Assembly: GCA_965235115.1 (NCBI GenBank)
Contig: OZ249436.1
Coordinates: forward strand, 10,480,001-10,544,000
Direction of reading: 5' to 3'
DNA: 64,000 nucleotides
Source: Laetmonice hystrix
Lineage: Eukaryota
The notes under the pieces are model-generated. The model was not told the origin of the DNA, did not search any database, and saw nothing but the letters and a program-made list of their open reading frames with translations. Positions 27,541-64,000 of this stretch are shown here, piece after piece. Each line of letters starts with the position of its first letter. The first letter of the stretch is position 1. Both the position numbers and the translations under genes were made by a program.

Positions 27541-27998
27541 CACTCGGAACACCGACGCTGCTTCTGATTGGCTGTTTCTAGGTCATATCCGGAGGCGAAG
27601 CAGGCCTCGGATGTATGAAGCGGCCATTTTCCCGTTTTTCGTGCAAAGTAGTGTAAAGCGGTCGCACATGAACACAGAGAGTAAATAGTCGACCCCTACG
27701 CACAGGCACATAGGCCTAGTTCAAATATAATTTCTCAGCATACCTGTACCTCGAATTTTCTATCGTGGAGACAACACAGTCTCTTCTTCACCTGGGAGGA
27801 AACCCAGATATTCTGACTTTGTATAAAGTCCGACACTAGGGAGTTCTACATTTTCGGCACGGCGGCAGCGCGCGAGTTTCTTGTTTACATCCGGGTCAGC
27901 GGTCCCGACCTAGCCACCCACCCACCCCACCCCCCAGCATGGGAACCTTCGTCGTACAGCCGAGATATGACGCGAGTCAATCGTGGGTGAGCCGAGTG
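27541..27998. mobile_element. 458-bp MITE, copy 1, 10-bp TSD
   Basis: Ends CACTCGG..CCGAGTG; TSD CGTCGCCCGT at 27531-27540 and 27999-28008. Confidence 0.92.
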
Positions 27999-28712
27999 CG
28001 TCGCCCGTATCAGTGCCCCCTTTCACAAATCCTAAGTCCCCATGCATCTACCAGCGTCAGGGCCACCACAGCAGGCCCTAGATGTTATTCCGAAATCCAC
28101 ATGTATGCGCTCTGTAAAATCCCGTTTTGGAGGGGTTATGTTCAATAGAATTGCAGAATAAAAATTTGATAAAAATAGACATCTTTGGGTTGTCTCACTG
28201 CTGTTTGTCTAGGTTTTCAGGTCGTTTTTTGTGTGATTTAATCTCTGTACAAGGTGCTGGATCGGCACTTAATTGCTGCCTCGGCGTTGTAACTCGGGCT
28301 TTCTGTATGGGGGGGGGGGGGGGGGCGCTAGCGCATAGTACCTTCACAGCCACAGGAAGGAACAGCTGAGAGTCGGCTTCGACCAGGGTAACGCAACCAA
28401 TCGGACAGCTCGGACAAGGAAAAAGAAATCATAAACGCCATGACATTTTATGTTTCCATGCGTTTATTGTCGAGGAGGCAGGAGATACCTTTGGTGGATA
28501 GTCTAAGGCTATCTAATCTGTTTCCACTACGGGCCCTGTAGGCTATAGAGTTTCCGCGTCTGACTATCTCCTCAGCTATAGTAGCAAGGGCAATTTGCCG
28601 CAAAGGTTTAATTAACCATGGCAAAATTAATGAAATACTACTCCCTTCCAGGATCAGATGTCCCATCCCCAAGTATAAAGGTTACAGAGATCTTGCATGC
28701 AAACGTCACCGG

Positions 28713-29169
28713 CACTCGGAACACCGACGCTGCTTCTGATTGGCTGTTTCTAGGTCATATCCGGAGGCGAAGCAGGCCTCGGATGTATGAAGCGGCCATT
28801 TTCCCGTTTTTCGTGCAAAGTAGTGTAAAGCGGTCGCACATGAACACAGAGAGTAAATAGTCGACCCCTACGCACAGGCACATAGGCCTAGTTCAAATAC
28901 AATTTCTCGGCATACCTATACCTCGAATTTTCTATTGTGGAGACAAAACAGTCTCTTCTTCACCTGGGAGGAAACCCAGATATTCTGACTTTGTATAAAG
29001 TCCGACACTAGGGAGTTCTACATTTTCGGCACGGCGGCAGCGCGCGAGTTTCTTGTTTACATATGGGTCAGTGGTCCCGACCTAGCCACCCACCCACCCC
29101 ACCCCCCAGCATGGCGACCTTCGTCGTACAGCCGAGATATGACGGAGTCAATCGTGGGTGAGCCGAGTG
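28713..29169. mobile_element. 457-bp MITE, copy 2, 10-bp TSD
   Basis: Same element; TSD ACGTCACCGG at 28703-28712 and 29170-29179; empty sites visible in paralogous sequence at ~25495 and ~26194. Confidence 0.93.
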
Positions 29170-30427
29170 ACGTCACCGGGTTATCCAGAAGGGGGCGCCT
29201 CCGACTGCACTGCCACCATACGGCTGACCATGGAATCACCAAGTACACTTTCACTAGCGGCCAGGCACCTGTCGCGCTTCACGGATAGATAGGAATCTGC
29301 AATGCTACACCAAAAATTGCTTCATTTTTGATACATCAAATTTACATAACGCCTGCAAAATCATAATTTTTAGCCAGACGTTTAGAGAATGGTCTCCACA
29401 ACGTTGATCAATCAAGGTGACTTAAAGTATGTAGGCCTAACGTTTGGCGATACCTTACGTCGAAAGCAAGATGGCGTCGGTCGTCGTAACCCTAGATTTC
29501 ATAATTTTTATTAATATCTTCTAATAGAAATTATTTACACTAACAATATATGGATAGTCGTTGCACTTTTCGTCCCACAGACAACATATCCAAATCCAAG
29601 GTTTTGGTTGTGGCTACAAAATGCTTATATCTTATCATAAACAAGGTGGTTGTGTTGGACACCACTCTGGAGGTCCATATTGACCTCCCTACTACATAAA
29701 GCCACGAAACCACTTAACGGTCACGTCTGAAAGTATCCCTTAGATAGACTCGGGTCTGTCTCCCATGAACTGGTTGATGGGTCGGAAGGAGCTTGCATGG
29801 GTTTGGCAACACGTGCTGATGGTCAAACACTGACAGTATGATGAGTCGCAAAATGTCCACTTCGAGCCGGGAGGGTGCAAGGCTGAGAAAAGTGTGATAC
29901 GACTCTTCTAAAGGGATGTAGCAATACAACCCGTTTCCCATCTGTGGCATAGTTCCGTATGGCGGCTACCATTGGGTTATCACGTGTTGTATCAGACGCC
30001 AGATCTTTGAACGGGAGGATGAACAGATCTAATCGACTAAGACCAAGTTCACTTTTTTTAAATAATTCTACTCTGATACTTTTAATAACTGATATAATTG
30101 CCAAGTGATGCCTAGGTCAGCCTCATAAAGCAGATGGTCCTCTCAGACAGGAAGTTGTTTCACTGAAAGGCGTCCGTCTTTGACCGTGGCGGTCGCAACT
30201 TCTAAATGAAACCCTTTGGGGAAGGCAATAAAGAAATGATGATCCACCTAATATTGACATTTGGTGGTGTGGGGGGGGGGGGGGCGAGGAAGAAAAGATG
30301 TTCTTTGTTTTAACGCTTTGGCTATGAAAGCAAGGTATAGTCTGTTTCCGAACATACAATATATGAATACTTCTTGCGGCAGATAATGTTATTGACAACG
30401 TTAACAAACGTCACTTTGTGTATGACA

Positions 30428-30433
30428 TTTATT
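30428..30433 (-). promoter_or_regulatory. Candidate polyadenylation signal of ATR
   Basis: First AATAAA I find on the minus strand downstream of the ATR stop (31165). Confidence 0.45.
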
Positions 30434-30518
30434 AGAAAATATTTTAACAAATCCATAGCAATATCAGCCAGTATAAAGTTGTATAGGCCCCTATTCATAC
30501 ACAAAATAGTAGTAGCCT

Positions 30519-30813
30519 ACCTTTCTTGGATACAATAATAGGGTCTGCATTCGACCTCTTTGAAAATACTGGTTTTACAACAAAAACCTTTCTTGGATAC
30601 AATAATGGGGTCTGCATTCGACCTCTTTGAAAATACTGGTTTTACAACAAAAACCTTTCTTGGATACAATAATGGGGTCTGCATTCGACCTCTAGTTTTA
30701 TAACAAAAACCTTTCTTGGATACACTAATGGGGTCTGCATTCGACCTCTTTCTTGGATACAATAATGGGGTCTGCATTCGACCTCTTTGAAAATACTGTT
30801 TTAACAACAAAAA
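30519..30813. repeat. 67-bp minisatellite (~5 units, two shortened)
   Basis: CTTTCTTGGATACAATAATGGGGTCTGCATTCGACCTCTTTGAAAATACTGGTTTTACAACAAAAAC starting 30521, 30588, 30655. Confidence 0.93.
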
Positions 30814-31164
30814 CAAATGGAAAAAGTTACATCATAGTGGCCGGGACTGGAGTGAAGATGAGTGGTCCTTGCACTGGGCCTGTACATAAGTTTTCTGGCT
30901 GGTAGCTTTGAGATAGTGGATTTCTTGTTTACGTTCTCACACTGATGCGAGGGTTTATCTGGGACTATAGAAATGCTTGACAACATGCGCCCCTGGTGAC
31001 AAATCTCAATGAGGATCAAACTGTGCATGATCAAATGAAAACACCAAGAGTTAACACTTCAGTTTATAAGAACTTGTTCAGTGAGTAGACAAGTCTTTTT
31101 GATGTCTGAGATGGCCTGACCCACTCCTACACTGGGTGGTTATCAGGCAGACAACTATCCGTGT

Positions 31165-56770
<25,606 letters not shown>

Positions 56771-56942
56771 TGTGTGAAATTTTATGTCTTCGGAAATTCT
56801 GAAAATGAATGGGGGAAATTCTGAAAATTATTTAAATATATAGGCCTACTATATGTTAATGCTAAATTTGAAATTTGTCCTGGTTTTTAGTAAACTAGAG
56901 CAGTAAAAGTAAAATCTGTTCTAGGACTAGTCTACTCTAGGA

Positions 56943-57092
56943 CAGGGACCGCGGAACAGTTTCGGAACAGTGGGGGGGGGGGGGTGACCCGCAAATTATT
57001 GGAGATTTTTTTTTTTTTTAAAAAGGCCTTTCAGAAAAAAGTGTGTGTGGGGGGAGGCTGAAGCTCCCCCCCCCCCGCTTCCGCGGTCCCTG
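56943..57092. mobile_element. MITE
   Basis: TIR CAGGGACCGCGGAA / TTCCGCGGTCCCTG with internal G and C runs. Confidence 0.7.
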
Positions 57093-57310
57093 TAGTGTAG
57101 GAGATTATCATTCTGAATCTGACTGGTCAAAACTCAGACAGGGTACTCGGACAAAACTCGGACAGCTCGGCCAAGGGGCGCAAAGGTGAGCGATAATGCG
57201 GGATCTACACATGAAAACTCCGCAAAGTGGTCTTAATGGAATAATAACGTAACAACAACGTTAATTCTTTTAAAGCCATTTCCTAATGCATGGAAGTCTC
57301 CCGTTTGTTC

Positions 57311-57453
57311 ATAACGTCACGTGCGTAATGAAGTTATTAAAGAGTCTCAACACTCACATCACTCAAAAGTCACCGTCCGCACCACCGGCGTAGACGGCGC
57401 CACTGAGTTTCCCGCCAAGTTCGACATTTTCGGCTTTGCTCACCAGAGGGCGT
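57311..57453. promoter_or_regulatory. Putative ATR promoter region (CpG-rich; E-box/CRE-like, E2F, CTCF-like motifs)
   Basis: ACGTCACGTG ~57314-57323, TTTCCCGCCAA 57408-57418 (E2F consensus TTTSSCGC), CACCAGAGGGCG 57441-57452; 550-700 bp upstream of the ATR ATG. Confidence 0.5.
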
Positions 57454-58442
57454 TTTGCTCCGGTCATCATGCCTCCAGACTGGTGCCTCCAGTCGAAGCA
57501 GGCGCGGATCCAGCACTGCACTGCGCCTTGCTCGCCTATAGGCCTACTAAATATACCTAAATTAGTAATTAGGCCTATCTATATAGGCTATATTTATAGG
57601 CCTATTCACCATGATGGATGGCCTTTTTAAAATCGAAATCTTTTAGTCCAGTCCAGTCCAGACCGCGGTAGGCCTACCTAGGCATGGCTAGCTTGACCAG
57701 TCAGACAGCTTTTCGAGATAGGCCTAATTTAATGTAGTCTAACCCCACTAGGCCCTAATATTCTTTGAGCAGTTCTTTCAGTAGGGGCATACACTACACA
57801 TTATATCGCAGAAAACACAATTTATTCCCGACCAATCCGGGTAAGAGGAGAACACGTGTATTGATCAATTTTGTATGATCTTCCTCATTATAGTCAAATA
57901 AAGCATTTAATTAATTGTAGTCAATGATTCTATTAAGCGAAGAAGTTTATCTAAGCCCTGCTCTTGGTTTCTGTCGTTTTAAAGAGATATTTCGGTAGAA
58001 ATTATAACAAAAAAAAACAAACTTCTGCTGTTTTGGTGATGTGGTCTTTCGTTAAGATTGATTGATAAACAAAGGGCACAATATTATCGTCATTTTCCGT
58101 CAGAAATCAGTTTTTCTGAACAAGACCCATAGACTTGGCAGTGGTCCAGTAGATTTTCTAGGTAGGCCTATGCCATAGGCCTATGGCTAATTAACTGCAG
58201 ACATTATTCTCGGTAAAAGAAAGCACCGCATGCATGCATGCATTCAATGCATGCTTTTAATAGGGCTATTTTAAAAATATCGAGGACATGCCCATCTATT
58301 TTGAAGTGTGACTGTGTGTGGGAAGGGGTGCTAAGTAGCCGATATTGTAATGTATAGAGTCTACTAGGCCTAGGCCTATGCAGTTTTCGTCCTTGGCACT
58401 GGTCAATTTGAAAATCATAGGCCTAGGTCTCAGCAGGAATAT

Positions 58443-58821
58443 CATAGGCGTAGGAACCGGGGGGGGGCAGGGGGGGGCGTCAGCCCCCGCCAATATCTAA
58501 AGGGGGGGGGGGCTGGAGTGTGTTTCAGCCCCCCGACATTTGGGTGCTTTCTTGGTCGAGGTGCATGGGTTTCATGCCGATTTTCTATGTATCGCGCATA
58601 GAAATGATGGAATTTTGTTGATAGATTTGAGAGATTTTTGCTCCGAGATGCTCAGAAAACGCGTCTCCGGCATTCCTGAAAGAAAATTTCTGGGGGAGGA
58701 CCCCCAGACCCCCCCCCCCCCAACGGCCCGCCTCGGTGGCAATAATATTATCCCCTCTCCCCAACCTTCAGCCCCCCCCCCCCCCCCCCCTTCCAACCAA
58801 AAAGAGCTTCCTACGCCTATG
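58443..58821. mobile_element. MITE
   Basis: TIR CATAGGCGTAGGAA / TTCCTACGCCTATG. Confidence 0.75.
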
Positions 58822-59522
58822 AATAGGCTTAGCCGGGCCTATTTATATGGTTTACCAAGGCCTAGATTATAGATCTGTGCCTTTCGAAGCTTTCTTATCG
58901 AGCAGTGATGACTGGTTCTTGGATCTGATCACCATGAGAGGAACTGACGTTCCTTCCAACGAGGTTCCAGATAGGTTCTCTCCCAAGCAAAGAACCTCGA
59001 TACTTTGTCCCAAGGTTCTCTCAAAATGGCGGGAATGGCAAGCGGCCGACTGACCTGGCCACGTGCATGCGCAGATGGAGCTTACAGAGATGGTCACGAG
59101 GTTCGTGTTATTTTGTAAACAAACAGACGCCGCGTCAGAGCTATTTCGCAGTCGTTGCTCAATCAGGTTGAAGCGCATGTCCGAACAGGACTGGGCCCAT
59201 GGACTGGGCCGTGGTACGATTGCACAAGGATTTCAGTATCGGGAAATATTGTGCAATGTCGTCTTCCCTCAGAGATCAATTTTGATGCATGGTCATCAGC
59301 ATCATGCACACAGAGGGCCCGCTATATATAGATAGACATTAGTTGAGAATGTGGTCGACAACTCCGCTCACTGTGTGGATAATCCCAGTCAGTCAGCTCC
59401 TGTCATTCGCAACGAAGTCTGCGCACTTCATCAGTGGAGAAAATCCTGCCAAGGGCAGATTGAAAGCATAGTCCCCTATTATATATAGATTCTAATTAGA
59501 CCTACTCTTTCTCTCAAAGAAA

Positions 59523-61485
59523 ATGTATGAAGACATGTCCACGTATTATTACTGGGACGAAAACCGGGAGGAGATTTACCGATCAGCACCTGCCCGGGCG
59601 CGGAGCAGGACACGGCGGCAGAGGAGGGGACGCGGCCCGCGGCGGAGAGAGCCCCGCGTCAGTGCCGTGGAATGCCTCAGCCACGGCGACCAATGGCGGG
59701 AACGGCTGGACGGACTCGTGGCGGGCCTGGCGGGTCGTCTGTTACCCGGGCGGAGGGACATTCAAGATCTGCTCAGTGCGGTCGTTTGTAGTTGTGAGGA
59801 CAGAGACCGGGAGAGCACTAGAGGAGCGTCAGCAAGCTTTGGATACACATCATGTAAGTTTTTTTTATCTTTTAACGTAGCCTGCATGCACAATCACCTA
59901 TAGGGCCTATAGCATAGGCAACATGCATTTCATTTGAAGTGCATGGTTTCAATGTTTCAACAAAAATAGCCTATATATAGTGTCTAGATACCTACGCACG
60001 TGGCCTGAAGTTTGTGGTCGTCTTTATAGGGTGGTATAGGTCTATCTAAGAACAAATCAGTGAAACACGGCGAATTGTTTTCCGACTATAGCTTTAGAAC
60101 ACGTTCTCATCATAAAATATAGGCCTACTGAAGAGGTGGGTCAATGCGTCATGGCCTAACTTAAATTGGGTGATCCTTTGCCGATGACGCTCCATTTAAG
60201 GGCTGACAGAAAGGCGAAGACAACATAGGTGCATGACTCATTAATAGTATCATGTATGGCATGGTGATGCAATAAAAAATTAGTCTTTAGGACCTTTTGA
60301 ATGAGTGTTCTTGCACAGAGATTATAGATCTAAACCACTTCAAATAATATGGTCGCGGCCACAGGAGTTCGCTATGGCTGTATAATAGCCTATATCGTGT
60401 ATAGCGAACTCCTGTGGTATAGATGTATAGGCCTATTGCATGCGTGGCTAATTAAGGCTAAGAAATGGTGCATGCATGATTGAGACTAATAGGCCTACTT
60501 TAATTGTAAGTTACTAACGATGATTGTGAAATCCCCCCCCCCCCGTAAAGCCTTAAAATGACGTAGCCCTTCAAAAAGTAGGCCTAGTAGGATAAATAGT
60601 TTCTTTTGTAAGGTAAACTAGAGAGAAGTAGATCCCTCTATAGGGCTATTTTGGTCCTTTGGCCCTTCCTGTATCCACGTGCATGGCCTTGATAATGCCG
60701 AATAATGATTCTGTAATAAAGTTACGAAATAATTCATGGTTTTCTTTAGTGACGAATCGATTTATTTTACAGCGCCCAATCTTCCACTAGGTATGCTACA
60801 GGAGAGAATGCATGTAACGAGTCTCTACTTCCACAACATCCTGAACGCACCGGAGTTCACGCAAGAATACTTGGACAGCGCCACTGGCGACCCTCTCATT
60901 CAACTCGTCCGGGGTCTCTACGACGTCAAGGAAGCCATTTTTCACCTCATCGAAAGACAGATTCACCACAAAGATTTCAAAGCCTATCGTCTACTTAACA
61001 TCATTCGCCAGTATATCTTACGACCTTGTCAAGGTCATTTTCACTTGCATCTAAAAGAGATGTCATTGGATGAGATTTTGAGTCCAAAGAATGGCCACGT
61101 GACTGAAGTTTCCCGCTCAGTAGGATGTTACATCACAGCAAATGTCATAGAAGAACATAGAGATGGCCACAGCATTGACTTATTCGTACATGCAGCTAAT
61201 ATGATAGATCTGAAGACTGTTGAAAGTTACTTTACATCACCCATAGGGTTTAAGGAAGAGGAAACGGGGCAGGAAGAGCCTGCTCCGACTGATGGTGCAA
61301 AAACTGGTGAATCTCATGCTACTGACGAAAGTGGCACAGGAGCAGGAACAAAAACAGTGTCACATGGTGAAGCAAATGTAACTGAAAACTTGACTGAGAC
61401 TGAGGCGAGCCAGAAAGAGACACCAGAAAATACAGATATGCAGTCAGGAAACAACGAATCACAAAATCAGTTGGAGAGTAGGTAA
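59523..61485 (+). CDS. Uncharacterised two-exon protein (~347 aa): Arg-rich N-terminus, central globular region, acidic E/T-rich tail
   Basis: Exon 59523-59853 (CAT|gtaagt, phase 1) joins exon 60773-61485 (tttattttacag|CG) in frame; TATA-like boxes near 59323 and 59478; AATAAA 61595-61600. No family recognised. Confidence 0.7.
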
Positions 61486-61594
61486 TCAGTGCGTCATAGG
61501 CTACCTCTGGTGCATCATTGTAGTGTCTTGATTAGTACAAAATTAGAAATATATATGTACAATGTACATTTGTACTTGAAGTATCCATACTTTG

Positions 61595-61600
61595 AATAAA
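61595..61600 (+). promoter_or_regulatory. Candidate polyadenylation signal of the two-exon orphan gene
   Basis: AATAAA 110 nt after the stop at 61485. Confidence 0.55.
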
Positions 61601-62278
61601 GTATATAGGCCCCTGGTAATGTTGAGGCATCGGGTTGCTTATTTGTAATCGGCTTTGTTTCGTTAATGCGCCATGTTGTAGAGCTTCCAAGTAAAAGCCC
61701 AGTGTTAATACATGGAGCCGATGTATAAAATAGGCCTAATTCTTTCTGTTGCATCATGATTCACCAATGATCCTATAATCTGACTTATACCCTCCCGCCG
61801 CGATCTACAATCTACAACGAAAGGAGCCTGAGCGACTTACTCCATAGTTATTAGCTCACGATAACCTTTTCCTAGGTCATTGCCAAATAGAACGTTGCCT
61901 TGGCGTTGCACACGCCATGCACATGAATACTTAATCATTATTGACTATACCTAAAGGACAGACCTTTTTTCTTAACCTTATCGTATCCAAGTCCAAAGCA
62001 TATACTCAAGTAGGCCTACAGTTTATGTTCATGATTATACTGGATGGTGTATACATGTAATATGCAATCTTCTCTCAATTTTAATTTGCTTGTTACCGGC
62101 CGCACCTGAACTATGGAAAGCCCAAACTGACCTTTATGTACGCTTCCACTGACAATGCATAAAGACTATCCTAGAATTTAATTTCTTTTATTTAAGGCGT
62201 CTCGAAAATTAAAAACCGATACGTCGACTGAATCATACCCCATAGAGGTCAGGACCACTAGATGGCGTGAAGGTGTAT

Positions 62279-62446
62279 CAGGGGCGGATCCAAGATTATG
62301 GGGCAGGGGGTTAAGGAAGAGAAGTTGCTGGGGGGGGGGGGGGGGGGGGGGTTAGCATGGTCTATTCAGAAATGGAGAAACAAGAAATATTGGCTACGTA
62401 GTGGTGGGGAACCCCCCTCCCCTCCCTCCCCTTGGATACGCCACTG
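62279..62446. mobile_element. MITE related to 55752-55929
   Basis: CAGGGGCGGATCCAAG / CTTGGATACGCCACTG. Confidence 0.7.
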
Positions 62447-64000
62447 TGTAGACCTATACCGATCGGTGCATGTATTGTATGTACGACTCTTCTAAAGTGG
62501 AATATTTAAAGACCTAGCTTTTAAACACCGACGCACAAGCTATCGTCGATCTCACCACTGTGCAACTTATATTTTCAAGATTTGTATGACATATACATGT
62601 ATATCATCTATCATATGTGTGCGACCTTTTGGGGGACTGCCATTATTGTATTGACAGTGGAAGTACGTATTTTAGAATAATCAATCGTGTGTGGGTGCGA
62701 TTTTTTTTTTATGGGAGATGGGTCTCCACTGTGCACGGACACCAGTAACCCATTCGTATAGAAGGTTATCGACGTCCATATCCACTCGGCCACCGACACT
62801 TTCAGGCCTGGACCAGGGGATACGTGTGGGTGTGATTTTCTTTTTAAATGCACGGGCATCAGGCGTAACGTTAACCCAGTTACTTTGAGAATGTCCGGAA
62901 AGAGAAAAGTTGTATAGTCTACTGGATTTGTGTTTCGGCCACACACGGTAGGCCTATATCATTCATGGTAATGTAAAACCCACGAAATTTGGCCGGAAGT
63001 AAAGATCTATCACTATCCCTAGCCCTGACCTTATCCCTGACCCCTAACCCCAGTTCATAGACCTCCCAATGAACCCTCAGATTATTAGTCTGGACGATGG
63101 ACTACTATAGGCCTTCAGTTTCTATGAATGTGACGCTCGGGATTGTTAAAAAACATAACGATGTAGGGATGATTCCATATTTAATAAAAATTATTCAAGG
63201 AGTACAGTACAGTTATGGCAATATCACAATTAAATAATACATGGTATGGTTATAAACATTATATTGCTTATATACAAGTCTGCAAAATGTTGTCCTTTGG
63301 TTCAGCATCCAGGACCAACGGATTTTATGAGCTGGGTTCTTCCACTGTGCAATTGTTTACTTTTGGTTTGTTTGGGTTGTTCTCCAACAACCAGTCAGCC
63401 AGCCACACCTACAATACACAAAAGGCATCACAATGTAATGGTTTTTTTTAGCATGCTGAGTAATTGTTTTCATCAATCAGGATTCAAGTAATGTTCATAT
63501 TACAGTGTCTCCAACTCCAAGTCAATACACTACAAAATTACTTGGGTTTCTAGAAACGAATTAAAAAACATTTACCTACAAGACTGGTATACATGTTACT
63601 TACCACAGGGTCTTTAGGTTTCGTTTTGCACAGCTGTGTTAATGCAGTTAGCAATGTTGGGTTAACTGCTTTAGAAAGGTAATCCTTAGCTGCCTGTCCC
63701 ACTGGAATTGGTTCTACGGTGCCTAGTAAAAGGTAAAATGTGTATGTAGTATAAATTGACAGATTCCCACACTATCAGCTTGAGACTTGAGCACATATTG
63801 ATATAATTCCCAGACTTTTCCCAGCTCAGGATGTCCCAATATAAAATTTCGGGACTTTTCCAGGTGTAGAGCCAGTCAATTTCCGCGATCACGGAATCGC
63901 GGACGGTAAAACGGAAAATGACGGAAAACGTTTTTTTACTACAGGTAATTCCCCAGTCGACCGTATACAGTGTAGCTGGCACCTGGGTTGGCCTGACTGG

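Larger units (their letters stand above)
25641..30186 (+). repeat. Local direct duplication: 25641-27259 vs 28147-30186
   Basis: Colinear near-identical blocks from AGAATTGCAGAATA to CGTCTTTGACCG; the second copy carries the 28713-29169 MITE and small deletions. Confidence 0.9.

Noticed and set aside
25410..28860. Three MAKLMKYYSLPG ORFs as a small gene family
   Set aside because: Copies of a duplicated repeat module; one is interrupted by a MITE and no gene signals support them.
59527..59880. Alternative frame for exon 1 of the orphan gene
   Set aside because: It ends in phase 0 at the donor and does not join the long second-exon frame at the strong acceptor 60773.

Overview
Eukaryotic DNA from what looks like a bilaterian invertebrate (spliceosomal GT-AG introns, many CTCF-like motifs); the species cannot be determined from the window. 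It holds: (1) the last 8 coding exons of UTP15 (+, 2750-21813), whose large introns contain four 40-49 bp-unit minisatellites and decayed antisense retroelements; (2) a repeat-rich spacer (~23.2-30.4 kb) with long inverted arms, a 1.6-kb local duplication and two independent insertions of one ~458-bp MITE, each with a perfect 10-bp TSD; (3) a complete, compact ATR kinase gene (-, 56770-31165; 65 coding exons, ~2697 aa by my manual model), convergent on UTP15; (4) an intronless 138-aa orphan ORF with its own E-box/CCAAT/TATA promoter, nested antisense in the largest ATR intron; (5) a two-exon ~347-aa orphan gene divergent from ATR (+, 59523-61485). The best novelty candidates are the nested ATR-antisense gene, a minisatellite built from amplified copies of a UTP15 3' splice site, and the 10-bp-TSD MITE. 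All gene identities rest on recalled motif similarity, not database searches.
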